A model generated the notes under the pieces. That model searched no databases. It had not been told where the DNA came from and worked only from the letters and a program-made list of their open reading frames with translations. Positions 37,716 to 49,400 of a DNA stretch of 58,491 bases are shown here, in pieces. The stretch comes from Nitrospiria bacterium (GTDB taxonomy: Bacteria > Nitrospirota > Nitrospiria > SBBL01 > JAADHI01). The stretch lies in contig JBHHXE010000002.1 of assembly GCA_046756865.1 (NCBI GenBank), positions 1 through 58,491 on the forward strand, in the 5' to 3' direction. Both the position numbers and the translations under genes were made by a program. Position 1 is the stretch's first letter, and each line of letters opens with the position of its first letter.

Positions 37716-38051
37716 CTTCCTATCGGAAAAATAGGGCCCAGGGTTTCCGGAAGGGCATCGTCATCTCTCCTCCCAAAATCAGGATCTTCCCCAAAAAGAA
37801 ACAGACCTTCCCCCCAGTGTTTTCTTATTACCGTATCTCAAGTTTTCGGATAAACATCCGATATGAGTAAAGATGAGGATGCCATTCTCTTGTCAAAACC
37901 AATGTTGGGATTCCCGCCGCAACATTGAGAGGATCTCCAGGACGAGAGCTGAAAAATGACTTCTTTATTCGCTCGCCCTCGAAAGGCGAGACTTGCGCCC
38001 GCGATGTATATTCAAACACATCACATCAATAATGAAGAAACGGGAGAGTAA

Positions 38052-41000
38052 GTGAGCATCAGAAACAGACTATTTCTCACCTTTATTTGTGCTTTCATGG
38101 TCCCAATCCTGGCCCTTGGATTCGTGTCTTATTTTAAGGCCGGAAAAGAATTGAGAGAGGGTCATTTAAAAAATCTGGAGGTGATTGCAGATCTGAAGGT
38201 TGAGGAGATTGAGACCTTCTTTCGCGAAAAGAAAAATAATATCACATCAATTCAAGGTGACCCGACTATCATCAACGGTCTTCCGGTCCTGGACCACCTG
38301 ATGCTTGAAAGTGAGAACCCCGGATATCAATCGGCAAAAAAAGCCCTCGACAGAAGGTTAAGGCCCATACAAACAACATATGGTTTTTTTGACGTCATGC
38401 TGGTCAACACTAAAGGAATTATTGTTTACACATCGAATGAATCGCACGCCGAGGGGGATATCGGTAACAAGCTGCCCGATCCCGACAACCTCTCATTCAG
38501 GGAAGGGGTCAAGGGGGTCTATATCTCAAAACCCTTTTCCGATCCATTGGAAGATGACCTTCCCGTCATTATACTTTCCGCACCCCTCCGCAATGACGCT
38601 CATGATTTGATCGGCGTCATTGCCATTGAGGTCGATATGGCCCCAATTTACCACTTCATTCAGGATGTAAAAGGTCTGGGTCATACCGGTGAAACACTCG
38701 TTGGCACAAAATCAGACCACAATGTGCTTTTTATAAATCCCCCCCGCCATGAGGGGGTCATTCCTTTGGAGACCACCGTACGAATCGGGAGCGAAACAGC
38801 GCTTCCCATGCAGGAAGCCGTCCAGGGGAGAAGTGGCTTTGGCTTATCACACGATTATCGAGATCAAGAAACTCTCGCGGTATGGCGCTATATTTCCGGG
38901 CTTGACTGGGGAATGGTGGCAAAGATCGATACAAAAGAGGCCTTTGAAAGTATCGCAACCACAAGAAGATTCATTTTCGTCATCGGGCTTCTTGCCTTAT
39001 TTTTCGGAGGGGTGGTTTTATCCTCCACTGCAGAATCAATTACAAAACCGTTAGATACATTGAAAAATGGAATCGCACTTGTCAGCAAAGGTGACCTGGA
39101 CCATCCGATCAAGGTGGAAACGGGAGGGGAAATTGCAATCCTGTCCGAGGATTTCAACAGAATGATCAACCTGATAAAGGAGCAAAACAAGACCCTGGAG
39201 AAAAATAAACTCACAAAAAACCTTTTTGAACTTGGAGATGATGTCCGAATGATCGTCGGCTCCGATTGGGATATCACACAGATCAATCAGGAAGCGCTCG
39301 AGCAGTTATTTGGATATCAACCGGAAGAAGTCATCGGAAAATCATTTGATGTCCTCTTCGATCCGGAGAGTGGAGCAAGCAGTGGACTGGGTTCAAAACA
39401 TTTTGAATCCATGATGATCCGAAAAGACGGCAGTGCATTCGAAGCAGACCTTTATTGGGCAAACCTCGAAACGGACGAAGGTGAAATGCAAGGCGCTTTG
39501 ATTACAATCCGGGATATATCTTATATCAAAAAAAGACAGAAAGAGCTTGATCAGACCTTGCAACGTCTATCCGATATGAAATATGCGATCGATGAATCTT
39601 CAATCGTTTCGATCACCGACCCAAAAGGCAACATTCAATATGTGAATGACAATTTTTGTGCAGCCTCAAAATACAGCAGAGAGGAACTCGTCGGCCAGAA
39701 CCACAGACTCATTAAATCAGAGATACATTCCGATCGTTTTTTCAAGGCCATGTGGGAGACCATTTCCAGGGGGCAGGTCTGGAAGGGTGAGTTAAAAAAT
39801 AAGGCCAAAGACGGCTCATTTTACTGGGTTGACTCAACAATTGTTCCATTTTTAGATAAAAAAAGAAAACCGTACCAATACCTCGCCATCAGGTACGATA
39901 TTACCCCAAGAAAGGAAAAGGAAGAGAAGATCCGCCACATGGCCCAATATGACGAACTGACCGGTCTCCCCAACCGGAACTTGCACAAGGAAAGGCTCGG
40001 GCAGGCCCTTAAACAAAGAAAAAAACATCCCCTTGCCGTCATGTTCATTGATCTCGATCGCTTCAAGCATGTCAACGATACCCTGGGGCATTCTGCGGGA
40101 GATCAGTTGCTGAAAGAAGTTGCGAAACGATTATTAAACTGTCTCCGAGAGAGCGATACGGTGGCAAGAATCGGGGGAGACGAGTTTACGATCCTGCTGC
40201 CTGAGATCGCTCAGAGTAACGATATCCATTACATCGCGCGGCGGATTCTCAGCACGCTCGAGAAGCCCTATCACATCCAGCAGAATGAGCTCTTTGTAAC
40301 CTGCAGTATTGGTATCAGCGTCTACCCGGAAGACGGAGAGACAAGCAAACAGCTCTTGAAGTATGCAGATATGGCCATGTACTGCGCCAAGAGAAATGGG
40401 AAAAATCAGTATGCCGTCTATTCCTCTACTTTGAAAAATGATGAGAGTGAACTCAAACTGGAATCCGCACTCCGCCATGCGCTTGAACGGGAGGAGTTCC
40501 TCCTCCACTACCAACCGCTCATCAACCTGAAGAGCGGAAAAATTATAGGGATGGAAGCGCTCATTCGCTGGAAACGGAAAGGAGGCGAGTTGATTCCCCC
40601 ATTCAAGTTCATTCCCCTGGCGGAGGAAACCGGCTTGATTTTGGACATTGGCTACTGGGTCATTGCAAGCGCGGCAAAACAGTTAAAAGCCTGGGAAGTG
40701 GCCGGATTCACCCAAATGGCCGTTTCGGTAAACGTATCGGCCCCGCAATTCAAGCAGCCGAAATTTTCAGAAGAGGTTGCCCAAATCATTGAGACCACCG
40801 AAATACGTCCCGGCGAATTAAAGCTGGAGATGACAGAGTCCCTCTTGATGCACAACCATGAAAGGACCATTGAGACGCTTCAGAAACTCAGAAACCTCGG
40901 CGTTCACTTTTCGATTGACGACTTCGGGACAGGATACTCTTCACTCAGTTATCTCAAACGGTTTCCAGTGGAATGCTTGAAAATTGATCGTTCATTTATC

Positions 41001-41273
41001 AAAAACCTTCCGGGAGACCAGGACGACTCCGTCATTGCCAGAACCATCATCACGCTGGCCCATAATCTGGGACTAAGCGTTGTTGCCGAAGGGATTGAGA
41101 CTAAAGATCAACTGGCTTTCCTACAGGAGCACGGCTGCAATATTGGCCAAGGGTATCTTTTCAGCCGCCCCCTCCCCGTTGAAGCATTCACCTTACTGCT
41201 TGAAAAAAATGCTTCAGAAAAACGCATCAATACAAACCTGTTTGATGACAATGACATTACCGTGGAAAGCTGA
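38052..41273 (+). CDS. Cache-HAMP-PAS-PAS-GGDEF-EAL c-di-GMP signalling protein
   Basis: 1073 aa with a GTG start. Two TM segments flank a periplasmic Cache-like domain, followed by HAMP and two PAS domains. It has GGDEF (RIGGDEF) and an EAL domain (EALIRW, DDFGTGYSSL). Confidence 0.85.
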   Translation: MSIRNRLFLTFICAFMVPILALGFVSYFKAGKELREGHLKNLEVIADLKVEEIETFFREKKNNITSIQGDPTIINGLPVLDHLMLESENPGYQSAKKALDRRLRPIQTTYGFFDVMLVNTKGIIVYTSNESHAEGDIGNKLPDPDNLSFREGVKGVYISKPFSDPLEDDLPVIILSAPLRNDAHDLIGVIAIEVDMAPIYHFIQDVKGLGHTGETLVGTKSDHNVLFINPPRHEGVIPLETTVRIGSETALPMQEAVQGRSGFGLSHDYRDQETLAVWRYISGLDWGMVAKIDTKEAFESIATTRRFIFVIGLLALFFGGVVLSSTAESITKPLDTLKNGIALVSKGDLDHPIKVETGGEIAILSEDFNRMINLIKEQNKTLEKNKLTKNLFELGDDVRMIVGSDWDITQINQEALEQLFGYQPEEVIGKSFDVLFDPESGASSGLGSKHFESMMIRKDGSAFEADLYWANLETDEGEMQGALITIRDISYIKKRQKELDQTLQRLSDMKYAIDESSIVSITDPKGNIQYVNDNFCAASKYSREELVGQNHRLIKSEIHSDRFFKAMWETISRGQVWKGELKNKAKDGSFYWVDSTIVPFLDKKRKPYQYLAIRYDITPRKEKEEKIRHMAQYDELTGLPNRNLHKERLGQALKQRKKHPLAVMFIDLDRFKHVNDTLGHSAGDQLLKEVAKRLLNCLRESDTVARIGGDEFTILLPEIAQSNDIHYIARRILSTLEKPYHIQQNELFVTCSIGISVYPEDGETSKQLLKYADMAMYCAKRNGKNQYAVYSSTLKNDESELKLESALRHALEREEFLLHYQPLINLKSGKIIGMEALIRWKRKGGELIPPFKFIPLAEETGLILDIGYWVIASAAKQLKAWEVAGFTQMAVSVNVSAPQFKQPKFSEEVAQIIETTEIRPGELKLEMTESLLMHNHERTIETLQKLRNLGVHFSIDDFGTGYSSLSYLKRFPVECLKIDRSFIKNLPGDQDDSVIARTIITLAHNLGLSVVAEGIETKDQLAFLQEHGCNIGQGYLFSRPLPVEAFTLLLEKNASEKRINTNLFDDNDITVES

Positions 41274-42171
41274 TTGACTTCCCGACCAGACGCCTCCCGC
41301 GTTTGCAGGTCGTTATGAGGGGACAAACGCAGCATTTTCCCCAATTCCGTTCAATCGGACAGGCTCCTGAAATACCGAGGTGGCAGAGGGCAAAATCATA
41401 CTTCAGGGGGTCGCGGGAATCAAAACATAAGAGAGAAGAGGTAATCTCCTTTGCCATCATCCACCCGGGACTCTTCCGGGTTGTGAGTCCGAGATAGCCG
41501 GAAATCCGGGCAATGTGGGTATCTAAAGGAATAATCAGTTTTGATGGGGGAATCTCTGGCCATAGACCGAAATCGATCCCGTATTTTTCCTCTTTCGGGC
41601 GAATCATCCATCGAAGGAAGAGGTTCATCCGCTTGCAGGCGCTTCCACTTCCCGGAGAGGGCAGAAGCTGTCTCAGACCCGCAGGCGCCTGGTTCCGGCC
41701 ATAAACAGGACGAAGATCAAAGCGCCTGATCTCCGCGATGACACGTGAAAGGGTCGACCCAATGTCTTCCTCTTCCTCACGATAAAGCGACAAAAATAAA
41801 TTTCCAAAAGACCCGTGCTTTGCCAACACCCGGCTCATCAAGTAAACAAAACACAGCAGATCTTCTGAGGCATTCAAACGGTAATAAATCCCTCGAAAAC
41901 GCTTACGCTCCCGCGACAAATCAAAGCGACGCAGATAAGCGTCAGGGCGCCCGGAACTCAGAGCCAGAATCCGCTCAACGCTCTTTTTAAAGAGCGCAAC
42001 CCGGCCATAAGACAGCGCTGCGGTTAACCATGCCACAACCTCAATATCTTTAGGATCTTTATAGCGACGCGGAATCTCGATGGGGTCTTCACTGATCCTG
42101 TGAAAAGAGGGCGTATCCTGATAGAACGCTTCAAGTCGGGGGGCAAGGCGTTTCTCTTGTGTTTTTGTCAT
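41257..42171 (-). CDS. TIGR02757/DUF2400-like protein
   Basis: 304-aa ORF whose pattern (SYGRV..., PLDTHIARI, CxxxxxC near the C-terminus) recalls the DUF2400 family. Recognised from memory only. It overlaps the convergent sensor gene by 17 nt. Confidence 0.5.
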   Translation of the reverse strand: MTKTQEKRLAPRLEAFYQDTPSFHRISEDPIEIPRRYKDPKDIEVVAWLTAALSYGRVALFKKSVERILALSSGRPDAYLRRFDLSRERKRFRGIYYRLNASEDLLCFVYLMSRVLAKHGSFGNLFLSLYREEEEDIGSTLSRVIAEIRRFDLRPVYGRNQAPAGLRQLLPSPGSGSACKRMNLFLRWMIRPKEEKYGIDFGLWPEIPPSKLIIPLDTHIARISGYLGLTTRKSPGWMMAKEITSSLLCFDSRDPLKYDFALCHLGISGACPIERNWGKCCVCPLITTCKRGRRLVGKSISFPR

Positions 42172-42327
42172 GAGATCTCAAATAGGCTTGCGTCGCCCCC
42201 TCCACCGGCAAAGCCGGATGGAGCCTTCCCCTCAACGTTCATGTTCATTCGCCGATTAAGAACATAAAGGATACAAAAGATCTACTCAATACCGTATAAG
42301 GTGCATGCACAGCCTATATTGAAATGC

Positions 42328-43779
42328 CTAGGGAAGAAAAGGCCGGATGAGCAGGACGATGGCCACGACGACAAAGGGCATGACGAGGTTCAGCTTGATT
42401 CCCGCCTTGATCATGGTCTCCATCGGGATGCGTTCCGTCCCGAAGACGATGGCATTCGGCGGCGTCGCCACAGGCAGCATAAAAGCACATGAAGCGGACA
42501 AAGTGGCCGTCGCCAGCAGGAGGGTCATGTCGTGCCCGCTCCCCAGGGCAACAGCGGCCAGGATCGGCAGAAGAACCTGGGTCGTCGCCGTGTTGCTCGT
42601 AATCTCGGTGAGAAAGGTCACTCCCAGCGCGATTCCGAACATCATGAGCGGCACGGAAACATGAGTTAAAAAGGCCAGCTGTGTTCCAATGGACTCAGAG
42701 AGCCCGGAGCGCTGCATCCCCATCGCCAAAGCAAACCCGCCACCAAAAAGAATCATGATGCCCCAGGGAAGCCGGCCAAAAGCCTCGCGGTCAAGAACCG
42801 GCCCCTCCTTCCTGACCGGAATGAGAAAAAGAACCAGGGCCGCAGCAATGGCCACCGTACCATCATCGACACCCTTATAGGGTAAAAGCGCGGACCAGCC
42901 CGGCAGGGTAAAACCCTCTGAAACAATCCCCTTTCGGGTCATCCAGGCCAAAGCCGTTAGACAAAGAACCCAGGCGACAAAGCGCTCCTCCCTACGGAAG
43001 GAACCCATCTGATGAATCTCTTCCTTAAGGCTCCCGGCGGCGGATGCCGTCCAGGGCATTTTTCGAATGGGTCGTCCCAATAGAAAATAGAGGACGACAA
43101 GACCTGCAAGCGCAACTGGAACCCCCAGAGTCATCCATTGAAGAAAACTGATCGCGTGTTCCGGGGCGTGGGTGTTGATCGTCTCGAGAAAAACCAGGTT
43201 GGGCACCGTCCCGACCGGGGTTCCCATACCTCCGATATTTGCGGAGTAAGCCACCGTCAGCAGTAGCGCGGGGGTGATCACCGCCATCTCCTCCGTTTTG
43301 AGCTGCCTGTCCAACCGGGTGATCACCGCCATCGCGATGGTGGCCATCAGCATTGTTGTTGCAGTATTGGAGATCCACATCGAGAGAAAAGCCGTCGCAC
43401 CCGCAAAGCCCATAAAGATCTGCAGAAGACTGGCATGCCAGCGAGACAAAATGAGGAGGGCGATACGACGATGAAGCCCAGTCCGCTCCATCGCCTGCGC
43501 GATTAAAAACCCGCCGAGAAAAAGGAACATGGTGCTGGTCATATACCGAGGCGCTGTTTCTTTGGCGGTCGCGATTCCGGTGAAAGGAAAAACAACCAAA
43601 GGAAGCAGGGCCGTGACCGCAAGAGGGGCACACTCCGTCATCCACCAGATAGCCATCCAGAAGGCGATGCCGAGCATGATGGGCGCCTTCGGATGATCCG
43701 GCGAATTGATGAGGATGGGAACGACCAGGCCAAGGGCCGGGCCGATCAGAAGCGCGGCCTTTCTTACACGACGAATCAT
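42328..43779 (-). CDS. DASS/SLC13-family anion:sodium symporter
   Basis: Polytopic membrane protein with two SNT hairpin motifs (WISNTATTMLM; EITSNTATTQVLLP). Start placed at ATG 43779 (MIRRVRKAALL). Confidence 0.8.
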   Translation of the reverse strand: MIRRVRKAALLIGPALGLVVPILINSPDHPKAPIMLGIAFWMAIWWMTECAPLAVTALLPLVVFPFTGIATAKETAPRYMTSTMFLFLGGFLIAQAMERTGLHRRIALLILSRWHASLLQIFMGFAGATAFLSMWISNTATTMLMATIAMAVITRLDRQLKTEEMAVITPALLLTVAYSANIGGMGTPVGTVPNLVFLETINTHAPEHAISFLQWMTLGVPVALAGLVVLYFLLGRPIRKMPWTASAAGSLKEEIHQMGSFRREERFVAWVLCLTALAWMTRKGIVSEGFTLPGWSALLPYKGVDDGTVAIAAALVLFLIPVRKEGPVLDREAFGRLPWGIMILFGGGFALAMGMQRSGLSESIGTQLAFLTHVSVPLMMFGIALGVTFLTEITSNTATTQVLLPILAAVALGSGHDMTLLLATATLSASCAFMLPVATPPNAIVFGTERIPMETMIKAGIKLNLVMPFVVVAIVLLIRPFLP

Positions 43780-43899
43780 AAGCTTCCTGAACCCATTTCC
43801 ACAAGTGGTCCATCGTATCACAACCCCCTTCCAAGGACCAAACCGCCGATGCCTGGCGCGAGACCCATCCGCCCGCCACACGACACATTGTGAAGGGCT

Positions 43900-43980
43900 G
43901 TGAATGATAAATGGTGAACCGTAATTAGGTAATTAAGAGATTGGGTGATCGGGTTGAACCTTCAATTGTTCACCATTCAC
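43900..43980. repeat. GTGAAT-heptamer inverted-repeat element (family F3)
   Basis: Left arm gtgaatg[ataaat]ggtgaac and right arm gttcaccattcac are a 13-bp perfect inverted repeat apart from a 6-nt insert. The interior shows degenerate heptamer periodicity. Confidence 0.55.
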
Positions 43981-44032
43981 CCTTGGCCTAAGATGGGATA
44001 TAATAAAACACAATACAGATGAAAGGATTAAG

Positions 44033-45238
44033 GTGGAAAAATCGTATGATGTCCTAATTGTCGGCGGCGGAATCATCGGGAGCAGCCTCGCCATGGCCCT
44101 TGCCGAGAGAGGCCAAAGAGAAATTGGTGTGGTTGATGCGGATCTCTCCGGCAGGTGGAGTTCCTCGGAGCGGAATGCAGGCGGGGTCCGGTCCTTCTGG
44201 GAACAGCCGGTCAATATCAATCTTTCCCGCAAATCAATTTCCTTTTACGAACAGGTTGCCGCCCGTGTGGGGTTTCATCAAAAGGGCTACCTCTGGCTTT
44301 ACGATGAAGCAGGATGGAAGACACTTGACAAGTGCATTGCACCGCTGAAAGAAAACGGCTGTGAGGTCTTGCGCCTCAATCCGGAGGAAATACAAGAGCG
44401 CTTCCCCTTTCTCGACCGGCTTGAGGGTGTCTCAGGAGGCACATATTCTCCCCATGACGGCCTGATCAATCCTAACCTCCTGAAGGAGTATTACAGAGAC
44501 CAGGCTCTCCCAGGAGTCGATTGGGTCGACCGACACCTGGTCGAAGGGGTAAGCTTCGATGAGGGAAGCGTGAAGAAGGTCCGGTTGCGGAAGGTCCCGG
44601 ACGAGAAAGATATCGAGTCATTTCTAAAAGAGAGCACGTCTCCGGCCGGAGGGACGGCCTCCGAGGTCGCGTTCCGAACCCTTGTCAATGCCTGTGGGGC
44701 ATGGGCACCTTCTCTGGCGAAGTTTTACGGGGAGGACCTTCCTTCTATCCCGGTCAGGCGGCAGGTCTCTGTGATGCACTGCCAGGAAGTCGATCTCTCC
44801 TCCTTCGGAATGATTGTCGACACCAGCGGCCTCTACTTCCATCATGAGGCCGGGAACATCCTGGCAGGGTATGCCAATCCTGCCGAGCCGGCGGGAGTTC
44901 GCTTTGTCAATGAAGGGGACGATTTTTTTCTCCAGGAGATCTGGCCGCGGCTCTCCTCAAGGAGCAGTCAATTTGAAAGACTAAAGCGCGTCGGCGGTTG
45001 GGCGGGACTTTACGCCATCTCCCCCGATAAGAGCGCCATTATCGGCAAGGTTGACGGCTTCACAAACCTCTACGAGGCCCATTCTTTTTCAGGCCGGGGC
45101 ATCATGCAATCCTACGCCGCCGGTCAGGCCCTGGCCGAACTCATCCTCCGAGGGAAATATCAAACGATTGATCTATCGTCCCTTTCCGGGAGCCGTTTCA
45201 AAGCGGGTAAGCTGGTGCCGGAGGGATTGCATATCTAA
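44033..45238 (+). CDS. FAD-dependent oxidoreductase (DAO family)
   Basis: GTG start with dinucleotide-binding motif DVLIVGGGIIGSSLA. 401 aa. Confidence 0.8.
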   Translation: MEKSYDVLIVGGGIIGSSLAMALAERGQREIGVVDADLSGRWSSSERNAGGVRSFWEQPVNINLSRKSISFYEQVAARVGFHQKGYLWLYDEAGWKTLDKCIAPLKENGCEVLRLNPEEIQERFPFLDRLEGVSGGTYSPHDGLINPNLLKEYYRDQALPGVDWVDRHLVEGVSFDEGSVKKVRLRKVPDEKDIESFLKESTSPAGGTASEVAFRTLVNACGAWAPSLAKFYGEDLPSIPVRRQVSVMHCQEVDLSSFGMIVDTSGLYFHHEAGNILAGYANPAEPAGVRFVNEGDDFFLQEIWPRLSSRSSQFERLKRVGGWAGLYAISPDKSAIIGKVDGFTNLYEAHSFSGRGIMQSYAAGQALAELILRGKYQTIDLSSLSGSRFKAGKLVPEGLHI

Positions 45239-45309
45239 GCCCAAACCTCATCAGCAGAGGCCTGGATCCGGATATTGATCACCCCACTCTATTCTGTTAT
45301 CTTGACCTT

Positions 45310-46470
45310 ATGGGATTGTTGATGAGGTCATCCAGGTCTTCCGAAAGCACTGAACCTGCATTTGAACCTGAGAAAAAGATGGGAATGAGAAATTCCGCCG
45401 GTAAGCCAGGCGCAAAGAATGTCCTCTTTATCCTTTTTGCCCTGATCCTCCTTCAAACACATCATGCTATAGCGCAGGGTCCTCCACCGGCCAAGGTACT
45501 TGTCTCACCGGTTATTATCGAATCGATTCATGATCAGGTTCACTTCATTGGCACTGTGGAGTCCTGGCGAACCAGTCAGGTTGCCGCCGAAACCTCTGGA
45601 AAAGTTGCTTCTCTGGAGGGGCGTCGCGGAGATCGGGTCGAGAAGGGCGCGGTCCTGGTTCGTCTACGGAAGCGTGCGCTTCAATTGAGGTTAAGGGAGA
45701 CAAGAGCAAAACGAAATGCATCCCGTGCCCGCCTTGAAAAAGCAGTCGATCAGATGAAGCGTTTTGAAAAGCTGGTGAAGGAAGCCCTCCTTTCTGAGAG
45801 GGCTTACCGCGAAGCCCAGTTAACAGTGAATGAGTTGGAAGAGGATCTTGCGGTCAGTGAGGCTGCAATTCTGCAGATCCGGGATGAACTGGAGAAGAAG
45901 ACCGTGAGGGCGCCTTTTGATGGCGTAATCACGAGGGAGTTGACAGAGATCGGTCAATGGGTCGAAAAGGGGGGCGGTATTCTTCGGATGGTAGACCTCT
46001 CCACGGTTCGCATCCTTGTCGACATCCCTGAAAAATATGTCCCGGGTGTGAAGAAGGGGGACACTGTTCGGGTCAGAATTGATGCCCTCGGAGGACAAAC
46101 CTTTCCGGGAAAGGTCCATGCTCTCGTCCCCGAAGGAGACCGGGCCTCCCGACTCTTTCCCCTGGAAATCCGCGTCAAGAACCCGAAGCTCCTTATCAAG
46201 GAGGGGATGCTGGCCAGAGTCGCGTTCGACCTCGGGCAGTCAAGAAAAATCTTGATGGTCGATAAAGATGCCATTATCGTGAGGGGCCCTCAAACCTACC
46301 TCTTTTCTGTCCAGGAGGGCAAAGCCATCCGACATCCGGTCTCCACTGGAACAGCCAGGGGAAATGGAATTGAGGTCAAGGGCCCACTCAAAGAAGGTCA
46401 GATGGTGGTTATTCGCGGGAACGAAAGACTGCGGGATGGCCAGAAAGTGGAAGTCCTTCCAGACAAATAG
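45310..46470 (+). CDS. efflux RND transporter periplasmic adaptor (MFP/HlyD-like)
   Basis: Signal anchor, coiled-coil hairpin and beta-barrel segments (VRAPFDGVIT). The start is uncertain (internal ATGs at codons 5, 24 and 26). Confidence 0.8.
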   Translation: MGLLMRSSRSSESTEPAFEPEKKMGMRNSAGKPGAKNVLFILFALILLQTHHAIAQGPPPAKVLVSPVIIESIHDQVHFIGTVESWRTSQVAAETSGKVASLEGRRGDRVEKGAVLVRLRKRALQLRLRETRAKRNASRARLEKAVDQMKRFEKLVKEALLSERAYREAQLTVNELEEDLAVSEAAILQIRDELEKKTVRAPFDGVITRELTEIGQWVEKGGGILRMVDLSTVRILVDIPEKYVPGVKKGDTVRVRIDALGGQTFPGKVHALVPEGDRASRLFPLEIRVKNPKLLIKEGMLARVAFDLGQSRKILMVDKDAIIVRGPQTYLFSVQEGKAIRHPVSTGTARGNGIEVKGPLKEGQMVVIRGNERLRDGQKVEVLPDK

Positions 46471-46482
46471 ACAAGAGGCGCC

Positions 46483-49400
46483 ATGAAATTCATTCGTGAA
46501 ATGATCAACCGACCGGTCACTGTCACTGTCGGTGTCATCCTGGTCCTCCTCTTTGGGTTGATCGCACTCTTCAAGATCCCGGTCCAACTCACTCCCGAGG
46601 TCATCAAACCGGAAATCACGGTAGACACCTTCTGGCGCGGGGCAAGCCCAATCGAAATTGAGACAGAAATCATAGAACGACAGGAGGAACAGCTCAAAGC
46701 GATTCCCGGACTGGTTGAGATGACGAGTGAAAGTCGGGACAGCCGTGGTGCGATTGTCCTGACCTTTCAAACAGGAACCGATCTGGAGGGTGCCCTCCTC
46801 CAAGTTTCAAACCGCCTCGATCAGGTCTCTGATTTTCCCCCTGACGCAGATCGGCCCCTCCTTCGGACCGTCAATGTTGGGTCCTCCGCCATCGCATGGT
46901 TCATCCTCAAGCCCAATGCCCAAAACAAGAAAGACATCAATACCTATCACGATTTTGCCGAAGACTTTATAAAGGCCCGTTTTGAACGGGTCCCCGGTGT
47001 CGCCATCAGTAACGTTTTTGGTGGAAAAGAGCGCGAGATGCAGGTCCGGATTGACCCGGACCGCATCGCTGCATTCAACATCACGATCCTTGACCTGATC
47101 TCTGCATTAAAAAGGGAGAATACAGACATCAGCGCAGGCGATTTTGATGAAGGAAAACGGCGTTACATCGTCCGCACTCTTGGAAAGTACCGCTCTCCGC
47201 ATGATATTGAAGAGGTTGTCATCAAGGCCGTAGAGGGAAAACGGATACGGGTCGGCGATGTAGCCGAGGTCAAGCTCGGGTTCAAAAAACCACAGCGAAC
47301 GGTCCGGCAAAACGGCGACCCTTCCGTCGCCGTCAATGCCCTGCAAGAATCCGGAGCCAACACCCTGAAAGTCATGGAAGGCCTGAGAGAGGCAGTGAAG
47401 GATCTCAACACCGGCATTCTGAAGGACAAGGGTCTTCACCTGAACCAAGTCTATGATGAGACGGACTACATTGTCAGTTCCATCGCCCTGGTAAAGAAGA
47501 ACCTGATCGCCGGAGGTTTTTTGGCCGTGATTGTCCTGATCCTCTTTTTACGGAGCGGGTCCAGCACCCTGATTGTCGCTACGGCAATCCCGATCAGCAT
47601 CATCGGCACATTCCTGATCCTCCGACTCCTGGGTCGAAATCTGAACGTGGTCTCCATGGCAGGGATGGCCTTTTCCGTCGGGATGGTCGTCGATGTGGCG
47701 ATCGTGGTCCTGGAAAACATCTACCGCCACAGGCAGATGGGAAAGGACCGCGCACTCGCCGTAATCGATGGAATGCGTGAAGTCTGGGGGGCCGTCCTCG
47801 CCAGCACCCTCACAACCATTGCGGTATTCCTCCCGATCTTCTTTATCGAAGAGCAGGTCGGCCAACTCTTCCGGGATATCGCTATCGCCATCAGCGCCAG
47901 TGTCTTCTTGAGTCTGATTGTTGCGATGACGGTCATCCCGACCTTTGCCTCCAGAATCATTGAAGGCGCCACACAGCCTGAAGGAACCGGCAAAACAGAT
48001 CTGATGCACAAACTGTTTGGGATCGTCCCGCTCGCCTCAAAGATTTCGGATGGAATTGCCAACCTCGTCTACCGGATCTGCCGCCGCCCCATCCTCGCAT
48101 TCGGCGTCGTTGCGGGGCTCACCCTCTTCTCCATCGGGCTCGCCTGGTTTCTGATGCCAAAAGCCGAATATCTTCCGGAAGGAAACCGGAACCTGGTCAT
48201 CGGCATCCTTTTACCACCCCCCGGATACAACCTGGAGGAGGTCCGGACAATCGGCGAGGGGATCGAGGCAGACTTGCGGCCTTATTGGGAAAAAGATTCC
48301 CTGAACCCCTTACCGACCGACCCCGAAGGACCCGCGATCACAAATTTCTTTTATGTCGCCTCCGGCCGACAGGTCTTCATGGGGCTTCGCACCGAGGAGC
48401 CTGAGCGGATCCGGGAGATGATCCCCGTCATGCAACAGTCTCTTAGAAAGATTCCGGGGATGATCGCCATCGTCCTGCAATCCGGCCTCTTTTCAAGAGG
48501 CCTTGGCGCGGGCCGTAGTATCGATGTCGAGTTTTCCGGCCCGGAGCTAGGCAAGTTGGTCGATCTCGGCCGACGGGCTTTCGGCCAGTTGATGGGTCTC
48601 ATGCCTCAGGCCCAGATTCGGCCCATCCCAAGCCTTGACCTCGGGAATCCGGAAGTGCAGGTGATTCCCGATCCGATCCGTATGGCCGACATGAAGTTAT
48701 CAGCGAGCGATCTGGGGAGGACAATCGATGCCTTGCTGGATGGAACAAAGGCAGACGACTATTTCGAAGAAGGGGAGCGGCTCGACCTGGTCGTTCTGGG
48801 TCTCGACCGGTTTAACGGTCAGACCCAGGATCTGGAACAGCTCCCGATCCGGACCCCGGCTGGCCGCATCGTCACCTTGGATGCCCTGGCAGATGTCGTC
48901 ATCACGAATGGTCCGGAACAGGTCAATCATGTGGAGCGTGACCGGACGATATCAATCAGCGTCGTCCCGCCAATCTCGTTTTCGCTTCAGGAAGCGATGG
49001 AGACTATTAAAGAAAAAGTCATTATGCCGATGAAGGCGCAAGGCTCACTCCATTCCCCTTATCGGGTGGCTTTAAAGGGGACCGCCGATGACCTGCTGGT
49101 GACCCGGAATGCCATCCAATGGAACCTCATTCTTGCCGCGGTCATTACCTACCTTCTGATTTCATCCCTCTTTGAGAGTTTTTTCTATGCCTTCGTCATC
49201 ATGTTCAGTGTCCCCCTGGCTGCAGGGGGCGGCTTCCTGGGACTTTGGATGGTGAATAAATTCATCAGCTACCAGACCTTCGACATCCTTACCATGCTCG
49301 GATTCATTATCCTGATCGGAACAACCGTCAATAACGCCATCCTCATCGTCCACCAGGCCCTCGTCTACATCCGGGAGGAAGGAGAAGCGGCAGTCAGAGC

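Noticed and set aside
43025-43888. 287-aa ORF overlapping the DASS transporter gene in another frame
   Set aside because: The Gly/Arg/Asp-rich translation has no domain features. The transporter frame has clear TM helices and SNT motifs.
46240-46803. 187-aa minus-strand ORF across the MFP/RND junction
   Set aside because: It is antisense to two confidently assigned efflux genes and has no features of its own.
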